The notes under the pieces were generated by a model that did no database searches, was not told the DNA's origin, and was given only the letters and a program-made list of their open reading frames with translations. A stretch of DNA of 64,000 nucleotides, from positions 1 through 64,000 of IMG/VR virus record IMGVR_UViG_3300023174_000144, one strand, 5' to 3'. The stretch comes from a virus (Duplodnaviria > Caudoviricetes). Below are positions 16,775-23,046 of this stretch, piece by piece. A program made the translations under genes and the position numbers. The first letter of the stretch is position 1, and every line of letters begins with the position of its first letter.

Positions 16775-17410
16775 ATGTTCAAAAACAAAAAACAAGCCGA
16801 AGAGATTGTTGGCACACTCTCAAAACCCTCGAAGATGCCTGGATATGCTTATTCAACGCCCGCAAAGCGTTGTCTTATCGGGCAGAAAATGCGGAATGTT
16901 GTAGGAAGCATTTGTGCTTTTTGCTATGCTCTTAAAGGGCGTTATGTTTTCCCCAATGTTCAAAAAGCTATGGAAAAGCGTTTTGCTTCTCTTACCAATG
17001 ATTTGTGGGTGGATGCTATGACATACTTAATCGGCAAGGTTAAGAATCCGCATTTCAGGTGGCACGATTCGGGCGATTTGCAAGGTGTGTGGCATATTGA
17101 AAAGATTGTGAAGATTGCAAAGAATCTTCCTCACATTTCTTTTTGGCTTCCAACTCGTGAATATGCTTTCGTTTCAACCTATATTGAACAAGGCGGTGAA
17201 GTTCCTAGCAATCTTACTATCCGTTTGTCTGCTCTGATGATGGATGGCCCCGCACCCGTAGGAATTGCACAACGCCTTGGCTTATGCGTTAGCGGTGCAA
17301 GTAAGATTGGAAACTTCAACTGCCCAAGCTCCAAACAAGGCAACAAGTGCGGTGATTGTCGCAAGTGTTGGGATAAAAATGAGTTTGCAATAGATTATAA
17401 AAAGCATTAA
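16775..17410 (+). CDS. gp88-like Cys-rich protein (Fe-S / radical-SAM-like)
   Basis: SKMPG..YS.PA..C...C..CYALKGRY; FRWHDSGD; FWLPTRE; CP...GNKCGDCRKCW. Confidence 0.75.
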   Translation: MFKNKKQAEEIVGTLSKPSKMPGYAYSTPAKRCLIGQKMRNVVGSICAFCYALKGRYVFPNVQKAMEKRFASLTNDLWVDAMTYLIGKVKNPHFRWHDSGDLQGVWHIEKIVKIAKNLPHISFWLPTREYAFVSTYIEQGGEVPSNLTIRLSALMMDGPAPVGIAQRLGLCVSGASKIGNFNCPSSKQGNKCGDCRKCWDKNEFAIDYKKH

Positions 17411-17643
17411 GATGTCTAGATGACATTAATCTTTTTAATTATCCTTGGAATAATTTTATCATTATATATAACATACTAAAATGAAAATTGAAAAACTCTT
17501 AAATGAAAATCTAGAATCTTTTTATCCTTGGAATGATTCTGATAATCCTCCACTCGATACAGATAAAAGTTTCGCACAAAAACAAAAAGAGATAGATGAA
17601 ATCTTCGAAGGTTGGCGAGCGAGTATGTAAAAAACTTGCTGAT

Positions 17644-17717
17644 GTAAGTCTTTGATAGTCAAGGATTTACAACGGCAGGGCCCTGCGCCCGTAAGTCGTT
17701 GATAATCAATCACTTGG
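17644..17717. repeat. dispersed palindrome element R7 (between convergent genes)
   Basis: Palindromes at 17644 and 17691; 20-nt spacer containing the perfect dyad GCAGGGCCCTGC. Confidence 0.9.
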
Positions 17718-17738
17718 GACGATAGGTTATTTTACATT

Positions 17739-17972
17739 TTATTCTCCACAAATTTCTGGATCGCCGAAGTAACCATAGTCTTCGTCAGTGCCGTGGCCAG
17801 CAGAAGCCATAGCAGAGTCAAAGTCGCCATCCATAGATTCGTCTGGCTCGTTAGAGGTTTCGGATTTGATAGCGCGATCATCTTCGCGCATCTCGTTAAG
17901 GATGTCACGCACATCCTGCGAGCCCAACATATGTTGAGCCATCCACTCTTTAAGAGAGGCTTTGTAGTCCAT
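17739..17972 (-). CDS. small acidic hypothetical protein
   Basis: Start at MDYKASL; C-terminal DGDFDSAMASAGHGTDEDYG motif. Confidence 0.65.
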   Translation of the reverse strand: MDYKASLKEWMAQHMLGSQDVRDILNEMREDDRAIKSETSNEPDESMDGDFDSAMASAGHGTDEDYGYFGDPEICGE

Positions 17973-17973
17973 A

Positions 17974-18138
17974 TTATTTGACCTCCACGATGGTTTCAGT
18001 TTCGTTATAGCTCGGAGCCATCTTGTCGAGCATTTCATTGATAACGTCTGCGGAGTTGATGTAGTCGAAGAATGCTTCCGCATCAGCATAGACTTCAACG
18101 CAGTTAATCGAGGCAAGGTAGGTGATTTCGTTTGTCAT
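17974..18138 (-). CDS. small acidic hypothetical protein (leaderless; not in the ORF track)
   Basis: TTGCGC-N16-TACATT-N6-ATG; MTNEITYLASINCVEVYADAEAFFDY... Confidence 0.6.
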   Translation of the reverse strand: MTNEITYLASINCVEVYADAEAFFDYINSADVINEMLDKMAPSYNETETIVEVK

Positions 18139-18288
18139 AAGTTAAATGTATCACAGATTATTTTTAGCGCAACATTTATTTTCAGAAAAAGTAAATAGAA
18201 GAATTGCTAATAGTAAATAGGAAATAGCCTAATAGTAAATAGCCCAATCTTTTCGCTTCATTCAGTTTTATGTTGAAAATCATCATTT

Positions 18289-18363
18289 GTAAGTCGTTGA
18301 TAGTCAAGGATTTGCGCGCGGGGGCTCCCTGCGTGTGTAAGTCGTTGATAGTGAGCGACTTAT
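18289..18363. repeat. dispersed palindrome element R8
   Basis: Palindromes at 18289 and 18337; 21-nt spacer GCGCGGGGGCTCCCTGCGTGT. Confidence 0.9.
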
Positions 18364-18512
18364 AATTAGTCAAAAACCATAAAGAAAAAAGCGAGCTTCC
18401 AAAGCGTATTTAGAGATGTAATAAAAAAATCTCTCTCTCAAAAAGTTTTTCTTCTCACCATTTTTCACAGCGAGACGAAAAGTTTTTTTATTTATTTTGA
18501 AAAGTATTTTTT

Positions 18513-18707
18513 TCATTCGTATTGCCACTCACTAGCTTCTTCTTCGATCTCTGCTTCTATGTCAGGCCACATATGGTCAGGAATAGAATAATTTCGGTTT
18601 AACTTTTTATCTTTGGCGATTTGAATTGCTCGCCCTAAACTTTGGAGAGCTTCGCTCCCGAAGTAGATTTCTTCTTTTAATCTTTGAACACTATTTGTTA
18701 AGTCCAT
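18513..18707 (-). CDS. hypothetical protein
   Basis: Co-directional minus-strand string. Confidence 0.6.
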   Translation of the reverse strand: MDLTNSVQRLKEEIYFGSEALQSLGRAIQIAKDKKLNRNYSIPDHMWPDIEAEIEEEASEWQYE

Positions 18708-18708
18708 A

Positions 18709-18933
18709 TTATTTGCTCAACCTTTCTTGTGCATCTTTGAGATATTCAAGAGCCTCTCTGATTGATTCGTTTTGCCAACCTTTTGTGTAAGGTTTGACTG
18801 CTTCTAGTTTAATCACAGCAACCGAGAGGCAACCTTTTGCCCATCCTTTGTTGTGTGCTTCATTCATTATTTTTTCAATTTCAATTTCCATATTAGTCTC
18901 CTTTGTATTTTGAGGATTCGTTGAAACTTCCAA
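18709..18933 (-). CDS. hypothetical protein
   Basis: Co-directional string; true start probably 18894 (MEIEIE). Confidence 0.55.
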   Translation of the reverse strand: MEVSTNPQNTKETNMEIEIEKIMNEAHNKGWAKGCLSVAVIKLEAVKPYTKGWQNESIREALEYLKDAQERLSK

Positions 18934-19168
18934 TGAAGTTCATCGTTCCGTTTTTGCGTTCTTCGCATTGTTTGAGAAGTTCGGGAGTCATTTCGACTTC
19001 GGTCACTTCATCATAAAAAGCTAGGACACTTCCAACTCCAGAGATTCTAGAAAGGCATTTCTTGTTTGAGGTTGAGTTGAACATTTCGCAGATTGCGATA
19101 TGGTTTTCGATTTGGTAGTATTTACCCACTACGAGGGTTTCTATTGTGTTTTTCATTTGTTCTTTCAT
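18893..19168 (-). CDS. hypothetical protein (leaderless)
   Basis: TTGACA-N16-TAGATT-N6-ATG on the minus strand. Confidence 0.7.
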   Translation of the reverse strand: MKEQMKNTIETLVVGKYYQIENHIAICEMFNSTSNKKCLSRISGVGSVLAFYDEVTEVEMTPELLKQCEERKNGTMNFIGSFNESSKYKGD

Positions 19169-19208
19169 ATTCTTAATCTATCACACTTTCTGATTTTGTC
19201 AAGCTGTT

Positions 19209-19235
19209 AAATTTCGTTGATTTACAGCGACTTAG
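19209..19235. repeat. single palindrome R9
   Basis: AAATTTCGTTGA-TTT-ACAGCGACTTAG; overlaps the stop of ORF 19222-19437; 6 nt from a -35 box. Confidence 0.75.
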
Positions 19236-19437
19236 GACTTTTCCCATTAAGTTTTTCTTTAAGTAGAGCGTGAGCCCTAGCTTTTTCAGGGTTATTCTTT
19301 TTCCATTCAGCCCATCGCTTTTTGCGATTTGACCATATAGCTTGATTTTTTTCTTTGCGTTGAATTTCCCACTCTTGGGAAGTTAGTTCTTTTTTATTAT
19401 CTTTATTCATTTTATTTTTTCTTTCTTTCATTTTCAT
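19222..19437 (-). CDS. small basic hypothetical protein
   Basis: ORF; start may be 19410. Confidence 0.55.
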   Translation of the reverse strand: MKMKERKNKMNKDNKKELTSQEWEIQRKEKNQAIWSNRKKRWAEWKKNNPEKARAHALLKEKLNGKSPKSL

Positions 19438-19501
19438 TTCTTATCTTGTTATAAGTATAGTTTAGCATATTTCAGAGAAAACGCAACAAAAATCTTCATT
19501 T

Positions 19502-19576
19502 AAATTTCATTGATCATCAACGAGTTACAACGCAAGGGACCCTGCGTCTGTAAGTCATTATCTTGTAACAACTTAC
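19502..19576. repeat. dispersed palindrome element R10
   Basis: Palindromes at 19502 and 19550; spacer AACGCAAGGGACCCTGCGTCT. Confidence 0.85.
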
Positions 19577-19587
19577 ATCAGCTAATT

Positions 19588-19983
19588 TTAGAATGCCGTG
19601 AAAGTCATTTTTGTAGATTCATCTAAAGTTTTTTTAGAAGGTTTGAAAAAGATTACTTTTTCTGAAACTTTTTCAACTGTGATATTTTCTGGCAAAGAAA
19701 CTGTCTCACCTTCATCATCTGTGGCTACCATCAGAGCCTTGCCAGCATAAGGTTGAGATTGAATCCCATACTTAAAGTAGGCTTGATGCTCTGAATCTTT
19801 TAGTAGTCCTTCGTCATCTAGAATTAAATCGATTCCTCTGTATTGGTTTGATGTGCCAATGCCAGCAACTGTTATGATTTCGCAATCAATTAAGTTTTTA
19901 ATGGTTTGAAGTTTAGTATCAACCATCGTTACATCCATTACAGTTTCAGTAAATGGGTCTATGAGTATTGCTCTTGTCATCAT
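19588..19983 (-). CDS. DUF3846-like phage protein
   Basis: AILIDP...L..I..LI.C..I...LILDDEGL...YAGKALM..TDDEGET pattern. Confidence 0.6.
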   Translation of the reverse strand: MMTRAILIDPFTETVMDVTMVDTKLQTIKNLIDCEIITVAGIGTSNQYRGIDLILDDEGLLKDSEHQAYFKYGIQSQPYAGKALMVATDDEGETVSLPENITVEKVSEKVIFFKPSKKTLDESTKMTFTAF

Positions 19984-19984
19984 A

Positions 19985-20128
19985 TTAGATGTTCCTCGTT
20001 TTTAGTAGGTTGCTCAACTCTGCTAGATAAACTCCAGCGGTGAGGTTGTATTGTTTATTGTTTAGGTCTTTGATGATGTCCACCAAGTTGGAAGCCAACT
20101 CGATAATCTTGTCATTGGTATTGTTCAT
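19985..20128 (-). CDS. small hypothetical protein (leaderless; not in the ORF track)
   Basis: TTGACA-N17-TAACCT-N6-ATG. Confidence 0.5.
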   Translation of the reverse strand: MNNTNDKIIELASNLVDIIKDLNNKQYNLTAGVYLAELSNLLKTRNI

Positions 20129-20159
20129 ATGTTTAGGTTATCTCCTTTTGCTAATTTTG

Positions 20160-20342
20160 TCAAACACCAAACTTGTTACGATATTGATTATATAGGTTTT
20201 GATATTCTTCGCCACCTTGGGCGATAGCTTCTTCAATTTCTTTAAGTTGATTTTGACCTCTGCGATAGTAGTATGAGTCTTCACTCATTTGGTAAGTCCA
20301 ATCGTGATTCTTTAAGAGTTCTTCGAATTGTTGAATGTTCAT
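20160..20342 (-). CDS. hypothetical protein (LLKNHDWTYQMSED motif)
   Basis: Conserved-looking HDW.Y..S.D...Y..G motif. Confidence 0.65.
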   Translation of the reverse strand: MNIQQFEELLKNHDWTYQMSEDSYYYRRGQNQLKEIEEAIAQGGEEYQNLYNQYRNKFGV

Positions 20343-20618
20343 TTATTTATTTTCCTTTATTAGTTTAGCGTTATTAAGGTTGATAGTTCCAACCTTATCT
20401 TTATCTTTACCTTCTAGGAAGGTTACAACCGCAGTATTTGCAGAAGTTTTGTAAGAAACTTTTACTAGAGTTCCTTCGTAAAGGTATATTTCACCAAAGT
20501 AAGTTGGTGTATTGTTAGAGTTAGTAATGATTACTTCTTCAGAAGCATTCATATTTTTTCGCATATTTTCACGCATTTGTTTTCGTTGAAAATTCCAGTT
20601 TATCATTCTATGAGTCAT
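20343..20618 (-). CDS. hypothetical protein
   Basis: ORF behind TTGACT-N16-TAAACT with an A-rich leader. Confidence 0.55.
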   Translation of the reverse strand: MTHRMINWNFQRKQMRENMRKNMNASEEVIITNSNNTPTYFGEIYLYEGTLVKVSYKTSANTAVVTFLEGKDKDKVGTINLNNAKLIKENK

Positions 20619-20691
20619 TTTATTTTTTTCTTTCTTTGTTATTTGTTATCTTTTATCTTATGTATATAGTTTACCACAATTCGTCCAAAAG

Positions 20692-20880
20692 TCAAATTAT
20701 TTCTTCAATTTGTTTTTCGTTGATTATCATAGAGTTATGATGAGCAACTTCAACTTTCTGCTGATATTTTGAGAAACTTTCGTCTAATCTCTTTTGAGAT
20801 TCTTCGATTGATTTTTTCAGTTCGGCAGAAGCCTTGTCGATATTTCCTAGGAGGATTTCTAATTTGTTTTTTCTTTTCAT
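20692..20880 (-). CDS. coiled-coil hypothetical protein (leaderless)
   Basis: TTGCAA-N16-TAGATT-N6-ATG. Confidence 0.6.
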   Translation of the reverse strand: MKRKNKLEILLGNIDKASAELKKSIEESQKRLDESFSKYQQKVEVAHHNSMIINEKQIEEII

Positions 20881-20929
20881 ACCTATAATCTATCACATTT
20901 TAGAAATTTTGCAAGATATTTTTACATTT

Positions 20930-21004
20930 AAATTTCGTTGACCATCAAGAACTTACAACGCAAGGGAGGCGGCTTACATAACTCATTGATACTTAATGGT
21001 TTAG
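20930..21004. repeat. dispersed palindrome element R11
   Basis: Palindromes at 20930 and 20978; 21-nt spacer. Confidence 0.85.
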
Positions 21005-21089
21005 ATTTTATGCGTTCCATCAGGTTTTGGTCTAAGATCGGTGAGGATCTTTTGCCTTTCATCAGGTTTGTCCCTAAGATCGAGGATAC

Positions 21090-21164
21090 GTAAGTCGTTA
21101 GCTATTAAGCACTTAGGTAAGATCCCTCCCTGCGCGCGTAAGTCCTTGATGGGTAGGTACTTAC
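21090..21164. repeat. dispersed palindrome element R12
   Basis: Palindromes at 21090 and 21138; 21-nt spacer. Confidence 0.85.
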
Positions 21165-21185
21165 AAGCAGTAGGTTAGCTAATCG

Positions 21186-21563
21186 TTACAGCTTATAAAA
21201 CTTATGATTGCGTATTGTTGCTACCAGCTTTGTATTCTTTGCCCATTTGGGCGAGACGCTGATAGCGTGATAGTGATTAGCACCCTTGACGATGTCGGGC
21301 ATCTGCTTATGTATAACTAGATCAGCAAGGTAGAGAGCGTTCTTACCTTGTGCTGTTGCTAGTAGTTTTCTTTTAGTGGATTCACTCACGCCACCATTCC
21401 AGAAACTAAACTGCTTGGATGCTAGACACACTTGGCTTGCTGATTGCTTACGCTCTACCATCCTTGTTTGGATAACGCTAGCAACGCCAGCCATTCCCTC
21501 GAATGTCTCGCCCCTAGCTTCACCCAAGAGCGTCAATGCTACGATGAATAGTTCTGCTGTCAT
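21186..21563 (-). CDS. cell wall hydrolase, SleB/CwlJ-like (Hydrolase_2)
   Basis: LTLLGEARGE...GVASVIQTR...QVC...QFSFWN...GANHYHA...PKWA...IRNHKFY. Confidence 0.88.
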   Translation of the reverse strand: MTAELFIVALTLLGEARGETFEGMAGVASVIQTRMVERKQSASQVCLASKQFSFWNGGVSESTKRKLLATAQGKNALYLADLVIHKQMPDIVKGANHYHAISVSPKWAKNTKLVATIRNHKFYKL

Positions 21564-21567
21564 AGGA

Positions 21568-21987
21568 TTAGTCCCTTCCATTACTTACTGCCCCGCAGTA
21601 GTCACTAGGTTTCTCTGCACTGATAGTGCCAAGGTTGTAGACGCTCGACCAGCTATCATTCCTTAAGAATCTGCCCTTCTCAATGCTATCCACAATGCCT
21701 TGAGCCTTTGCCCTTGCAAGGTCAATGAGGCCACCTTTGCGACCCTTTGCATTGATCTTGTTGGTCAATGAATGAATGGCAATCTTGGTAAGAGCCTTCA
21801 TTACATCATCAGGATGAGCGTAGAAGTAAAACGCTTTGCCGTTGCCCATATCGTGCAACTTGCCGTTTGTTCCACCCCAATTATAAATGGAGTTGAAGAA
21901 GTGATTGATCTGCTTGAGGTTTCCTTCTAGTAGATAAGCGTGGCTTTCACCGAAGGTTTCGTAGGTTATTTTTAGGTTTTGTTTCAT
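21568..21987 (-). CDS. IYNWGGTNG-family protein (paralog of 11347-11733)
   Basis: Shared IYNWGGTNG.L, KG.KGGL and LG.ISAEK motifs; start moved to ATG 21987. Confidence 0.75.
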   Translation of the reverse strand: MKQNLKITYETFGESHAYLLEGNLKQINHFFNSIYNWGGTNGKLHDMGNGKAFYFYAHPDDVMKALTKIAIHSLTNKINAKGRKGGLIDLARAKAQGIVDSIEKGRFLRNDSWSSVYNLGTISAEKPSDYCGAVSNGRD

Positions 21988-22106
21988 AGGTAGTATATTG
22001 CCTTTTTGTTTATGTTTCGTCAACTATTATTTTTTAGCTGTTACCATACCATAGATGCCCACGAGGATGCTTCCAATGGTAAGGGTAAAGATTAGGGTAT
22101 CGATAT

Positions 22107-22256
22107 TCATTTGCTCATCGCTTTCTGATGGATAGCTTCCACCTTTTCGGCGTGAGCGTCAAGGATTAGAACTGCCTTGGTAGAGGCGTTCTTAAGGTCT
22201 TGGCTAGCCTTGTTTAGGTTTGCGATCAGTTGTTCGTATTTACTTAGTTTCTTCAT
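22107..22256 (-). CDS. small hypothetical protein (leaderless; not in the ORF track)
   Basis: TTGCAC-N16-TAGATT-N6-ATG. Confidence 0.55.
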   Translation of the reverse strand: MKKLSKYEQLIANLNKASQDLKNASTKAVLILDAHAEKVEAIHQKAMSK

Positions 22257-22306
22257 ATAGGTAATCTATCACAGAATAGGAATAGTGCAAGGGATTTTCT
22301 TCAGTT

Positions 22307-22333
22307 AAATTTCATTGACCATCAACGACTTAC
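22307..22333. repeat. single palindrome R13 (last copy in the window)
   Basis: AAATTTCATTGA-CCA-TCAACGACTTAC. Confidence 0.85.
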
Positions 22334-22625
22334 GCCTACCCCATTAAATTGTTTGAAGATATTATATGGAAAATGCCATAGGGGTACCCCTACCCCTTTT
22401 TGAAAAAGCAGGCTTTCTAAAAAACACAAAAGAGGGGGGAGGGGGTAAATTTCATTCGCTCTATTAATAATAACCTATTCTTCTTATGCCCTCTTATACC
22501 CCTACCCTTTTTTAAAATCTAATAGGTTAAAAGGTTCATCTATAATAAATAGATCCAAAAAATTCGGGACCCTTCTTATTTTTAAACCTGTTTATTATAT
22601 AACCTCTATTTGTGTAATATAAAAC

Positions 22626-22871
22626 ATGAAGAAAAGTAAGGTTAATAAGATAACTACTATAGTATTTGGGCTAATTATCTTTAGTTTAGCTAAGTACTAT
22701 ACAAAAGGATTAAAAGTAACCAAAAAAGAACCAATAGAAGCTTCTACTGTAGAAACTACTATTATTGATAAAAAAGACAAATCAATAGTGATCCCCAGCG
22801 CCCAAGCTATAAATTCTGCGCCACAGCAAAATCATCTTGGTACTGGAGGCAAAATGAACTCTAAAAGGTAA
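22626..22871 (+). CDS. membrane-anchored hypothetical protein
   Basis: N-terminal TM segment; GTGTAA 8 nt upstream. Confidence 0.55.
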   Translation: MKKSKVNKITTIVFGLIIFSLAKYYTKGLKVTKKEPIEASTVETTIIDKKDKSIVIPSAQAINSAPQQNHLGTGGKMNSKR

Positions 22872-23046
22872 AAAATATATGCCCCACAAAAAGAAAATAA
22901 ACAAGATGAGCCTCAAAGAATGTGAAAGTATTTTAATTCGTTTAAATAATCAAACAGAGTCTCAGTACTATAAAGAAGTAGACAAGCAGTTAAATAGACT
23001 AAAAGACCAATCAAGTAAAAGTTAAAAGGTCTCAAAAAATATCCCT

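Larger units (their letters stand above)
3866..22290. promoter_or_regulatory. class of sigma70-type early promoters with ATG at +1 (TTGACA-N16/17-TAnnnT-N6-ATG)
   Basis: Fits ATGs at 3901, 5249, 5541, 7008, 7408, 7723, 8832, 9163, 9798, 10840, 11347, 12962, 13454, 14588, 15821, 16775 (plus) and 18138, 19168, 20128, 20880, 22256 (minus). Confidence 0.8.

Noticed and set aside
17739-18116. Single 125-aa ORF from the track
   Set aside because: Better explained as two genes, 17974-18138 (with a leaderless promoter) and 17739-17972
18182-18373. ORFs 18182-18373 (minus) and 17522-17713 (minus) containing KSLTINDL-like repeats
   Set aside because: They are translations of elements R8 and R7, not independent genes
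9617-22333. Palindrome elements as a CRISPR array or mini-arrays
   Set aside because: Copies are dispersed and degenerate, the 21-nt middle is conserved rather than unique, and no cas genes are present
9617-22333. Classical integron attC or Xer dif sites
   Set aside because: No RYYYAAC/GTTRRRY box architecture, no TTATGTTAAAT XerD arm, and no integrase in the window; only a general analogy is kept
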